DNA from: Tubulanus polymorphus
Taxonomy: Eukaryota > Animalia > Nemertea
Length of the DNA stretch: 64,000 bases
Direction: 5' to 3'
Assembly: GCF_964204645.1 (NCBI RefSeq)
Contig: NC_134033.1
Location: 11,602,655 to 11,666,654 of the forward strand
A model generated the notes under the pieces. That model was not told the origin of the DNA, searched no databases, and saw only the letters and a list, made by a program, of their open reading frames with translations. The translations under genes and the position numbers were made by a program. Below, in pieces: positions 48,235 to 60,455 of this stretch (position 1 is the first letter of the stretch; every line of letters starts with the position of its first letter).

Positions 48235-50033
48235 ATGGAGACTAAAACAGATCTGGCAAGTTTGACAATGCTTCCTTTGTCGGAGATAATGACGGCGAAA
48301 AAGACTATGGAAGGAGTTATCATGCGGACGCCTTTGGTACCGCTAAACCTAACCGATGAAAATAGCGACAAAAAGGTAGTATAGATCTTATTTACACGTG
48401 ACATCAACGGCACACTCGGGTAAAAGTGATTTATTTTCTTTTGTTTTCAAGATTTATCTTAAACTTGAGAATCTACACTCGAGTGGGTCATTCAAGATGA
48501 GGGGAGCCTACAACGCTTTATGTTCGATACCAGATGAAAAACTGCGCGATGGAGTTTACACCGCAAGTACCGGAAACTTTGCTCTGGTAAATGTGAATGT
48601 TTGATAGATATTTGATATTATTGATAAAATAGAACAACAACGTCTACGTGCATACTAGCATCGTCAGCCGGTTCAGAATACGTCCGCTTTGTCTCTTATC
48701 GAACTTCGGGATGTTTTTACTAAAATGAGATGCCCTGCATCTGTTACAAAATCCACATTTCATAACCGACTAAGGTCTAAAAACATTCATAATGAACTAA
48801 TATAAGCTTTGGTTGTATTACACTATGAGTTTTGCTATAGTATGCTTGTTTTTACCGTAACTTAACGATGCCCATTATTCCCGAATAATTCTTTCAATTC
48901 TTAAAGTTTGTTTACTGTAATTATAGGGATTGGCGTGGTCCTGTCGCAAAAGAGGCATCAAATGTACGGTTATAGCGCGTTGTGACTCGGCAAAAATGAA
49001 GTTAGAAACGCTGGGTCGACTCGGCGCTGAAGTGACGATTGTCAGTCGTGAAACGTGGTATCAGGTGATCGCAGATCGCACGTACAAAGATATAAAGGGA
49101 ACGTTTATCCATCCGGCTGTTGAGCGAACGGTGATTGCAGGTGGGTTGTTGTCATTCCCAGTCAGTATCGTACTCAAGAACGGCAGATTTATTTTTTTAA
49201 TGGACTAAACTTGGGCTCATTGCGATTTTAGATGCAGCCTAATCTACTTTGCCTTTTACTCAGTGGACCTGCATTTGTCAAAGAATGTACAATATGTCTT
49301 TCGCACCTTTCCAATTCGGATTTTATAAAGCAAGGTCTATTAGTATCTTCCAGACATTTACTATATAAAGGTCTAGTAGTGTTTTCCATACATGTATCTA
49401 CAGTTGCTTCCTTTTACTTTCGACTCAACGGCCAAAAGTTTGTATGGGATACTAAATCAAAACAACTAACAGGGTCAATCTCTATTCTAAGATAAACACT
49501 TCAATCTGATTAAAACATGTTTTTTGTTTTAAGGTAATGGTACTATCGGAGTTGAGATTTTTGAGGACTTGCCTCAGGTCGACGCAGTTGTTGTACCATA
49601 CGGAGGAGGTGGGTTGACATGTGGTGTCGGCTCGGCGTTGAAGGCATTGAAACCATCCGCTAAAATTTACGCATGCGAAGTAGAAACAGCTACACCGCTG
49701 AAATCGGCATTTCTCGCAGGAGAACCTGTTGTTTGTGAGAGTCAGAGTGGCTTCGTCGACGGGATGGGTGGTAATACGGTGCTTCCAGATATGTGGAATT
49801 TGGTAAACAATCTAGTCGACGAAACTCTGGTCGTTTCTTTAGAGGAAATCTGTTCTGCGATCCGATTTGTGCTCGAGCGTAATCACGTGGTTGCCGAAGG
49901 GGCAGGTGGCGCCCCGGTCGCTGCCGCACTAAGCGGAAAGATCAAAGAGAAGAACATCGTTTGCATAATTTCCGGCGGAAATATCGACACCGACAGACTG
50001 CAGACGATTCTTAATGGCAGCGTTCCTATATAG
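48235..50033 (+). CDS. PLP-dependent (fold type II) serine/threonine dehydratase / serine racemase-family protein, 4 coding exons
   Basis: Exons ~48235(or 48211)-48375, 48452-48586, 48927-49140, 49534-50033; motifs RTPL, KLENLHSSGSFKMRGA (PLP lysine), STGN, VPYGGGGL, EGAGG, ISGGN; AATAAA just after the stop. Confidence 0.9.
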
Positions 50034-50079
50034 CTAACATTCAATCAATAAAGCACTTATCACTTATTGCTTCGTTAAC

Positions 50080-50152
50080 AGGGAAATAGCTAAGATGGTA
50101 GAGCGATCGCTATGCATGCGAGAGGTACCGGGATCGATGGCCGGGTTCTCCA
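50080..50152 (+). pseudogene. Degenerate tRNA-Ala (TGC) gene
   Basis: AGGGAAATAGCTAAGATGGTAGAGCGATCGCTATGCATGCGAGAGGTACCGGGATCGATGGCCGGGTTCTCCA resembles invertebrate tRNA-Ala, but has mismatches in the acceptor, D and T stems and U33>A; T run downstream. Confidence 0.75.
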
Positions 50153-50861
50153 AAAACTTTTTCACACTACTACTGTACTGAGCTTAAGGACCCCCGATCA
50201 ACGTTAGTTTGTTCATGGACCAGAACTTCAAGGTAAACCGGTAGATATCCCACTATCCTACTAAACAAATTTTCTTATAAACATTACATGAAAAATATAG
50301 CTGCAAACCAGCCTGTGACATTTTTAGAATATTATATTGTATACTCGTTTTACCCACCAGCAATACTGCCGAACAGCTTTGAGTCGTTTTCGTTTCACGT
50401 CCATGCGTTTAAGAGGCCATGTCGAGCCTCTACTGATGCCTGTTGCTCCTCTGATGATATTTCATTTGAAGTTATTGTAGGATTTCAGAAGTTACAGTGA
50501 TTATAGTACCTGCTTCAATTGTAGTTCAGGACTACAATAACACCGGATCCTACGATAAATAGACTTCTCTTCTTTTGACAGCATCAACCACAGCTCCACC
50601 AGGAAAAAGGAAAAGATATTAACAAAATAAAAGTCTGCATGATTTTTCTTACAGCATGTATTCAAAGACATATAACAGATAACATGCTAAAATAAAATTC
50701 TGCATGTTTTTATAACACGTATTTCAAAGACTAAGAAACAGATAAAATGACCGAACCTGTGTCCCTCATAGCATGCTTACTAGACTAATTGCGTTAATCT
50801 GTTTAAAAGCATTCGTTGTACAGCTTGGTGCGTAACGACATGTATTATCACAACAACTGTA

Positions 50862-52175
50862 TCATATATCACACACACATAACGAAGTAAACGAGTAAAT
50901 GAAATTCAAAATACCGAAACCTATAAATATTGATGGATAGCCGACATATGGCTGTATGACACCGGCACATATCGATACTATGATAGCTGCTAACCGACAG
51001 AGCACCACGTCTAAAGCAAATATTGTCTCGTAATTTTGGTCGAATTTCTTATCCGCGATATCTGACAACCAAGGATGGAGAAATGCACCCAGCAAACTGA
51101 ATGCTAGTATAGATATACTATCCGGACCGAACGCCTGCCAACTATTTTGAATGAACGGAAAAGAGACCATCGAAATTATCACCAATATATAATAAATTAT
51201 AGCGTAAATCCATCGGCGATTTCTAGTTTTCGAAACAAATAATCCAAAAATGTTTGTACTTGAAAGAAAAAGCACGGCTGTTGACAGTCTTATTGTCGCC
51301 AGTTGCCAGTTCGCAACATCCAAATATTCCATCATCCAATACGGTACAAAACTAATATAGATAAAGCATAAAATAACATCCATGGCGTCAAGCCCGAATA
51401 GCACTAACGTTTGTCCGTCGGTGAGCATCGATTTAACCACGCTGAGTTGAAACGGCTTTTTATTTCTCGATTCTTCGTCGCAATTATTTTGTATTTTCAC
51501 GAACGCTCGGACGACGATGGTCATCGCTAATGCCGCGAAAAGTATCCAAAACGGAGCCGCGCGCCCGATCCATCGAACAACGTACAAACAGCCCGCATAA
51601 CCAAGCATACTTCCACCGTGTCGACAACTGTATATGACCGCTAGTGCAATATCTCTTGCCGAACCAGTTTCGAAAGTGACGGCGACCATCGTTAAGCCAG
51701 CATTGAGGGTAAACGCAATGGATAGTCCAACCAACGAATCTGCAATCGCTAGAGCCCACCACACTGACGCTAAGGCTGACACGAAGATACCACCGAGTCC
51801 GGTCATCAGACCGAACCAAAACGGTTTAACATGTCCATATCTATATGTAAGACTGCCACTTAGAACATTTCCTAAGATCGTCCCGAAACTATAAGTCGAT
51901 TCGGTAATTGTGGCCTTGACGGTAACCCACTGATCGTCTGAGGAATTGTGTTGTTTTTCGCGTAGAAGATCATACGTTACGGCCATTATAGTACCTGCCG
52001 ATAGTTCAATTATCAATGATGCCATACTTACAATACAGACAATAACTACAGGACTACACTGATACCGGGTCATCCAAGGACTAGATTTCTCCTCTTCCGA
52101 TTTGGAAACAACAGCATTAGATATTGCTCCGTAAACCTTGTTATCAACAAGATCCTCACTTTCCTCGTTCATCAT
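50862..52175 (-). CDS. Intronless MFS transporter, divergent SLC18 (vesicular amine transporter)-like
   Basis: About 12 hydrophobic segments; VPYWMMEYLDVANWQL and YETIFALD resemble VMAT PIWMMETM..WQLG and YGSVYAIAD. First in-frame ATG at 52175; the ORF is open to 52220. Confidence 0.8.
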   Translation of the reverse strand: MMNEESEDLVDNKVYGAISNAVVSKSEEEKSSPWMTRYQCSPVVIVCIVSMASLIIELSAGTIMAVTYDLLREKQHNSSDDQWVTVKATITESTYSFGTILGNVLSGSLTYRYGHVKPFWFGLMTGLGGIFVSALASVWWALAIADSLVGLSIAFTLNAGLTMVAVTFETGSARDIALAVIYSCRHGGSMLGYAGCLYVVRWIGRAAPFWILFAALAMTIVVRAFVKIQNNCDEESRNKKPFQLSVVKSMLTDGQTLVLFGLDAMDVILCFIYISFVPYWMMEYLDVANWQLATIRLSTAVLFLSSTNIFGLFVSKTRNRRWIYAIIYYILVIISMVSFPFIQNSWQAFGPDSISILAFSLLGAFLHPWLSDIADKKFDQNYETIFALDVVLCRLAAIIVSICAGVIQPYVGYPSIFIGFGILNFIYSFTSLCVCDI

Positions 52176-53397
52176 TTTGGATTCGTTTACCCGATGTCTA
52201 CCACCGTATCCACTTGTCACACCTTAAATGTTGCTTAGTAGAACGAAGACTCGTGGACGTTGAGCAGCATTTCGATGTAAAACGCGTAACTTCTTTAAAG
52301 CTTGTCGAGGAGTCTATTCAATAATAGTTTATTTTTCGCGCATGTCGAGGAGTGTATACATTTCTATTCAATCGCTGTTTATTCTCATGACGATCGATCT
52401 AATCCCGAAATAACGTTGTACTGTATAGAAAACATCGGGTCTGTGAAGTGAAACAGTGACTATAAGGTATTAATACGCGACATTTACGAATAAAACTCAT
52501 GAATGAAAACTCATTTATGAATAAGACTCATGAATAAAATATAAGTGTATAAATACTAAGCGAATGATAAGGCTTTCAAAGTGGAATGAATTAACGTAAA
52601 TAATGCAATTCGATCAGTATTTAGATCAAATAAAACGTGTTGGATAATCTTGAATAAGCTTGAATATTAAACGGCTCGTAATCTAACCACATTTGTATAG
52701 TCCGTCGACAATTTGGATGCGCGTTCGTTCCTTTCATTTCAAAGTACACTATGAAAATATGATACAGGTCTACACAACAGAAATAATATCAATGAATAAA
52801 TATAGCTGCAAAGCAGCGATAACGGATTTTCATATATCCCGTATAGTGGTCAATATATGACGTTGAAATAATAGATAGCAATGTATTACAGATTTCCGAC
52901 TTCAGTGGCTCGGATAGGACAATACTGGTATTCAATACTTTACTTTAAATTATGTAAAACATTGGAAAATTAGATTTCTGACATTGTTTCGATTGACTGC
53001 ATTTCGTCAGTATAATGAATGTAAATCACCTCTACTTCAATGTAATGGATGTCCTGATATGTAAACGGTTTGGCTAAATATGCAAAACGTGATCAGTGCA
53101 GAATTCTAGAGGGGTATACGGTGCCCTGGTGACGGCTAATATAAAAAAACCTCCATGATTCGCCACAACTTGTCGACCATGAATAATATTCCTTGTCACG
53201 CAATGCATGGGGGATGATGGTAAAGAACAATATGCTGTATATGCTAGTTATTAGAAAGCCTCGTGGAAACAAAACATCTGTCTCCATAATTCTAATCGAC
53301 GGATAAACTCTTATCGTGTTTAAAAAGCTCCTCAGTCGTTAATGACATTATAAAAACTGGTGCCTTCCAAACTGGACACGATAGTACATGTCAGAAG

Positions 53398-56300
53398 ATG
53401 GTGCCATCCTCGACAATCTTGCTTGTAGCAGTACTGTTCTCTGCTGCTGGGGCTGCAGTTCGATATGATGGGTAAGGCATGTTCACGATCAGAAAGGCAA
53501 ATATACCCATAGATATTTCCAAGCAAAGTTCGTATCCCAGTTTGTCCGTCTTTTATGGCTTATCATTTTATTCAGTCCCGGTCGAAGTCGGTGATTCATT
53601 TGGAACAACTTTTGAGATTTTCATCTTTTCATCGTCGACAGGTATAAAGTGGTACGAATTCAACCTACATCTCAAGGCCAGTTGGATTACATTCGAGGAT
53701 TTATAAAGAGCGAACAGGTTTTTTTCACGAATGAATTTCACACATGTCAGTTTTACTAGTTGTGTAGAAAGATGTTGCTACAAATGCGTGTTCATGAATT
53801 TCAGATATTTGTGAATACATTAGTAACAATTTCGAATTTCTGATATTTTGTAAATAGAAAAAAGAGCTTTGTATATAGACGGACTTGTCGATATATTTCA
53901 GTTGGACGAATGGAAGATGGCTGTCGGGCAGCCTGGAATGATTAGTATTCCTCCGAAATCGTTCGAATACATTGTAAAGATGTTGAACAACAGAGGAATC
54001 AAATTCGTTGTGACCATTGACGATCTCCAAAAGTAGGATATAGAATATAGTCGAAACCTCATTACACCGTAGGCTTTTCTTCATAATCGCTGGTGTTTTC
54101 TTAAAATGATGACCATTTTGAAATACACATGCTCTGTGTTGGTTTGCATAGACAAGGTACTGTCTTATTCACTTCAAGTGAAAAAATACCAACAATACAA
54201 AGTAAAACTAAGCTAAGAGGATTTTTGACGCTATCTTGCAAAACCAAACGTTTTTCTTCAAACACAACTATGTTGATATAAATGATAATTTCAGATCTCT
54301 CGAAGAGCAGCGAAATACACCGCCTGGTATCCACAGGTCTGCTCTGAGTTTATCACAGTACCATTCATATAAAGAAGTAAGCGAATTTGCAATGTCTCGT
54401 TTGGTGCATTTCTGACGGGTTTATGAGAATCTACTAAGGCCAATGTAATTCGGCAATGTTTCGCCTAAAATTACCGTAGGCTTGTCGAGGGTGTTATACA
54501 TATACCACAAATCCTATTACACATTTTTGACAGGAAGTAGACCATTTGGCCAAAGATATGGTAACCTCAAGAACCTGGTTCACCCGTCGAGTAACATCCG
54601 AGTCAATAGTCTACGTAGGTTAGCGACTGGCTTTGATTGTTGATAACTTGTTCTTTACAGATTGTTAGCTATATGGAAAGTGCTGTAATGAACAATTTGG
54701 ACTTGCCAATCAGTAGGTTTTCTATCGGTAAAACTGTTGAAGGTAGGACCATAGAAGGAATAAAGGTAAAAAGCAATCCTCATCTATCGATCTGAACAAT
54801 GCAAGACGTTTAGTAAAACATGATTCGAACCCAAGACGTCTGAGAACTACGTGAGAAATTCCTCGGTGATCTCCGTGAACGACTCATCGGAGATCTCCGT
54901 GAGATACTATTACTAACGGAACATTATTACAGCTCTTTATTGTGAATGATATATTTATCTTTCCGGCATTTTTTACATCATCGGAAACATTTCAAACAAT
55001 ACGATTTTTTCGACATTTGTCATTTATCTTTTTTTTGTTTCGTTATCTTTTTGTGACAACGTCAAGTTCGGAAAAGACACGGCGGCGAAAGCGGTTTGGA
55101 TCGACGGTGGAATCCACGCCAGAGAATGGATTTCACCGGCTACCCTACTTTACACGATCAACAAAGTACGTGTGCTATTCGTGGTATCATATTACGGACC
55201 ATGATGCAAATTTATCAGAGAATATGCTAGCTTTTTCAACAGGAACATCATAATTTTACATCCATGATTAAATATGCCAAGTCAAACCACTGACTCCAAA
55301 ACGAATGGTTATGCTAGACGTAGATATCAAAGGCGGCGTTTTCGTTTCACGTCTCTTCGTTTCAGAGTCTATGTCAAACTTAACTTACTATACATTTCAA
55401 ATCAAATCATATTCAAATCTTGATTTATGATTAACTCATTTTCAAATATTTCACTCAGATTCAAATTTCAACTCTGAACCGAGATTGTATGGGTCTTTGT
55501 TTTCAAACTTAAGCTTTCAGTTTGTTGACATACATTTAACTGTGATAAGTAATGCAAGTTAAAAGCAGAATTGCAATTATCTGCGGAAAAGCCTAACACT
55601 GTTTACAAGAGCTCAATTCCAGAATCGCGGGTCAAATTTGACTTCGAATTTAAATTCGATTTATTTCCAATTGGTTAACCCTTATACGTTATCTTCACAC
55701 CCGTGACAGTGTTACTGGCTCCAGATTTCATTACCAGCTAGGCCTTTTTAAAATATCCCATAATTGAAAATAATGAAAATGCCGAATTCGTTTACCATTA
55801 AATTAGACTTATACAACATTTCTCTTCCAGGTGATTACTTTATATCGTCAGAAAGATCCGTTTATTACGGCTTTACTGTCTAATGTGCAAGTATATTTTG
55901 TTCCCGTTTTAAACCCGGACGGTTACGTATACACGTGGACTACGGTGAGTTTTAGAAAACTGTCGTATATTCTATTCACATAAGGCGAGGGTAGCAGTTG
56001 ATAACCTTAACACAGGAGTGGGTCAAGCTTTTTGGAAAAGGTGCATGGGTGCTTGTCCCCCGAAAAAGAAACGATCCCTGCCTTATCTCTGATTTGAAAA
56101 GTGAGAAACCGACGAAAAGAAACGCCCGACACACCGCTTTATTATGCCATGTAACGGAATGGTTATCAATCAAGTCTACCCTGGAACCACCACCCAGCTA
56201 GAGAAAATGGCACCTGGAAACGGTAAAATGCGTTCGTTATTCTTTCAAAATATCTGATTTCACTCGTAGGATCGGATGTGGCGTAAGAACAGACGCAGAG

Positions 56301-57650
56301 GGCGCTACTGTACGGGAGTCGATTTAAACAGGAACTGGAAGTATCATTGGATGGGTAACTTCTTCTTTATTGATTACTCTAATCCATGTATGAATGTTTA
56401 TGTTATATAATTCAAACCAATGTTGATGCAATTATATTAACTCTCAAAGACCGGTTCCACAAAAGGGTTAGATATTTTACATTAATTAAATCGAATAAAT
56501 AAAGATGGAAGTTAACTTTTTCGCAAAACGGGATACATGGCCAATATCGTACAGGTTTTGTGGTACGCAGATTCTTTCTACATTGGAACTGATATTCATT
56601 ATCATATCTATGGAACTCCCTTCAAAACGACAAACTTCTATTTGTATCAATGTAGAGCAGGGAGCCAGCAGCTACGAATGTTCGGAAACCTACGCCGGTC
56701 CGTCTGCTATGTCGGAACCGGAGACGCAAGCCGTTGCGAATTTCATCGAGACCAATAAACAACGGATTAGGATGTATTTGTCGTTTCATTCGTTCGGTCA
56801 GTATTTTCTGACGCCATGGGGCTATGGTAGAGTGCTGCCCGATGACTATAAACAACTCGTAAGTGTACATAGAGAAAATAGATCCCTCGAGTAATGGCGA
56901 TAAAGGGCGAAAGAAACGATTTAGTTGAAATATATAGAAACGACCGTTCCTCAATTTTTAACTGACGATTTAAGATTACAGGTACGGACCTTGAATCCCA
57001 TAAACCGAGTGGGGTTTTTTATTTTCAGGAAAGCCTAGCTAAAAATGCAGTTGGTGCTATCCGAGCAGCGAATGGACCACGCTACACGGTCGGAACTTCT
57101 GCCTTTGCCCTATGTAAGTAATCTAAGACCGGGAGTCAATTCAATCGAGGGGAGAGAACTCGCTAGCGCTCCGTTTATCGCCTGAGATGGCGTAACGCTT
57201 AAAATGATACCTTGTTTTCCCGAATCGGCCGGGATTTTGTAAATCGTACCGGATCTGGGTTAGCTTGATCTTCATTAAAAAGGTAATGTACAGGGTACGT
57301 AGATCGGCGGCCGGCCGCGTTAAATTTTAAGCTCAGCGGATAAGAGAAAAATGAATTTCTTAGCCTAAACTGCCAAAAAATCGTAAACTCCCATCGTTTA
57401 TAGATTTTTTTTTTTTTAATTTCTTACACGAATATCGGAGTTTTACTTTTTTCTGTTTATGACAGATCCAGCAGCTGGCGGATCGGACGACTGGGCGAAA
57501 GGGGTCGCCGGAATTAAGTACTCGTACACGATCGAATTACCGGACAACGGAAGATACGGTTTCGCGTTACCAGCTAGATTCATTGAGCCAACAGGTAGAC
57601 ACACGTGGCACGCCTTTGTCGTATTGTTACGACATGTCCTCGACAATTGA
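53398..57650 (+). CDS. Secreted M14A zinc metallocarboxypeptidase, carboxypeptidase B-like, 11 exons
   Basis: Exons 53398-53471, 53642-53717, 53902-54032, 54295-54376, 54661-54765, 55067-55165, 55831-55943, 56270-56354, 56656-56858, 57029-57113, 57466-57650. Signal peptide MVPSSTILLVAVLFSAAGA, prodomain, GIHAREW, NPDGY, RMWRKNR, GVDLNRN, HSFGQ, GGSDDW (Asp at the CPB specificity position), YTIEL; TATAAAA at 53349. Confidence 0.93.
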
Positions 57651-60221
57651 AATCTGAGAGAATGAATAAAGATCGCATATACAGGTTCTTCAATTAAAAT
57701 CGGCTCACGTTTTGTTTTCGATTACGCATTTTACAGGTTCTAGTCATTATCTTTACGATTACCGATTGTTGAGTTTGATTATATTCAAAACCTCTGTTTG
57801 TATCATAAACGAATTCACGATAGCGATTTTATAACAACTACAATTGCTATAAAGTCAAGACTGGAATTAAACTTTAGTCCTAACCAATTACGACCTTTAT
57901 GTAGATCTTTGTGGGTAAGGAAATTTTTTCCTTTTTCCTTATTCCGGGCCTTAAAGAATCAAATAAAGCGAACATTAACTGCAGTGGAGATGAGATGGAC
58001 GACAACCGTTGTGGTGGGGAAAGGATGTCCTGATCGTCGACAGGGGGCGTATTTCTGAATATCAAGTCGCTTAGGTCAAAGCGTATTTGCGAAAACAATG
58101 ATAGCCTATATTCTCATAATACATACTCTTCACAATAATAACATTATTGACCAGTTGTGGAAGATCCAATAAATGAGATTCTTTTTTTTCTATCTGAAAG
58201 ATAACTCATATACACGGTACACAACGACATTGTGTGATTTTCTTGTAACGAATTATTGTTTGTCCTATGAGAATCGTTCGTATAGTGTAGCGCCCTACTG
58301 TGCAACAACAACCGCGACCGAGTTCCGTGAATCCGGCCGTCTGTCCTTCGAAACCGAGCGTCGGCCTGGAAAGAAAATTGAAAGATTATAAACAGGATTC
58401 CTGCATAGTAGTAAAGTATTGTTTACTAAGCACCTTTTTTAAGGCAGAAGTGACACTATTCTTATCATGTAAGATCGCAGCCCCCGTTTTGAAGCCCACA
58501 TAATTATCCAAAATTAATTTGGGAGACCAAAATTCCATAGTAAGCACTTAAGCACTTGTTGAAATTGTTGTGAAAGGTAAAATACTTTTTGAATACCATA
58601 GTAGTTTTTTCAATCAAAAGTAAGAATTTTCAAGCACTTCCGAGACTTTCTACATTCCTTCGCGTTCGTATCATCGGGATTTGCAAATATATCTTCCGAA
58701 TTTCCTACTCAAAATTTGTCTTTTAATCCCATAACAACAAACTCAGCGGCGAATATACTGACCACCGAGCTATGCAACACTGTTTATCGATTACATATCC
58801 GACCGTCGATCATCAATCAAAAGTTCAAGGTCGAATAGCACTTGTCTCTTATCATCGAAGAAATGACCGGATCAATTAGGTTTGAAGTTTTCGAGAGTTT
58901 ACATTTTTGCGTAACGTGGGGTTGTTCAGGGGCTTCGTAGAAATTCGAGAAAAACACTTATAATTTTCGATGTTGGCCACGCGCTATAGTTCGTTAAAAT
59001 TCCATATGATTTATCGAAGATATATCATCGGCGCGATTATATTCTTATAGCTTGTGAGAGAAAAGAATCATGGATAAGAAATATAGATAAGATTACCTGA
59101 TAAAATATGACGCTACTACTGCGCATTGTCCCAAATCGATGTATTGATTAATTCCGTTAATTATTACTTTATGCGTGTATTCCTGCGCTATGCACAAATC
59201 CCCGGTGTGCACGCCCGTAAAGATGGCCGACACCATTGCAACACCGAGCAACCAAGCGACCGCCATAAGCACAAAACTAAAAGATACAATTCATATACAT
59301 CCGTACGGTTAGAGCAGTTTGATATCAGGTAGTAGTGAGTTTGATTGGTGGGAACGGTGTGCGTGTCATCAGTGGTGTTCTACGATAAAGAGCAAAGTCA
59401 ACCTAAGCAATTAATCGTTAAGTCGGAATGGCCTGGGTTTATTTAAGACGTGTGGAGATTATCGTGATTAGTTTCAAGTAGTTCAAATCATTAAGAACGA
59501 GGAGTCCGTGTTACTATTGGCGCGAGATTCTCGCGAGATTCTCGTAATCCCATCATCTGATGTACATAATACATACATGCAATATACATTGATACACTGT
59601 ACATAGGAAATGAGCAACATCAATTGACACGAAATATACGACTTTTTAAAACCACCTTAGTTGAAAATTTATACAATTTTAAGCATTATATACATAGGGA
59701 GGTTTTCACACCGATGCGACGTTCATAGCACCACTCCAGAACGATTTAGGTTTTCACGATTTAGAGGAGATATCCGATTTGAATTCCCAAAATCTTGCCG
59801 CGTCGCTCATCGTTAAAAGTTTTCGAAAACGCGCACCATCCCGTTTGCGTGAAATCATGGACTCTTAAACGGAAAACTCTGAAACTCTATGGTCAGCTGC
59901 GGGGTAACAAAAATTCGATTTCTGGTGAATGAAATAAAAACCACTTACACAAATCTTGTAACCGGCGACATCCTGGTTTAAGGTGTAAACGCTGGAAATT
60001 GAAGAATGACTTCTATGATATATCATTGTCCATCGCTACTGACTTAAACTCTTACCCAGTCAATCCATCAAGCCGCAACTTGAAATGTATTATGAACTAA
60101 TTGCGAATCATGCAACGACGTAATACAGAAATTCTAGTTCATACACGTCCTCGTCGTTCTAATAGAAACCATCACGAAATCTACAGATGCTTTCATTAGT
60201 CCAGCGTCGGTCAACATTTTA

Positions 60222-60455
<234 letters not shown>

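Noticed and set aside
38636-57650. Idea that the GPCR, peptide, dehydratase, transporter and carboxypeptidase form one functional venom or biosynthetic cluster
   Set aside because: Adjacency alone is weak evidence in an animal genome; the mature peptide has no C-terminal basic residue for CPB trimming and no amidation Gly.
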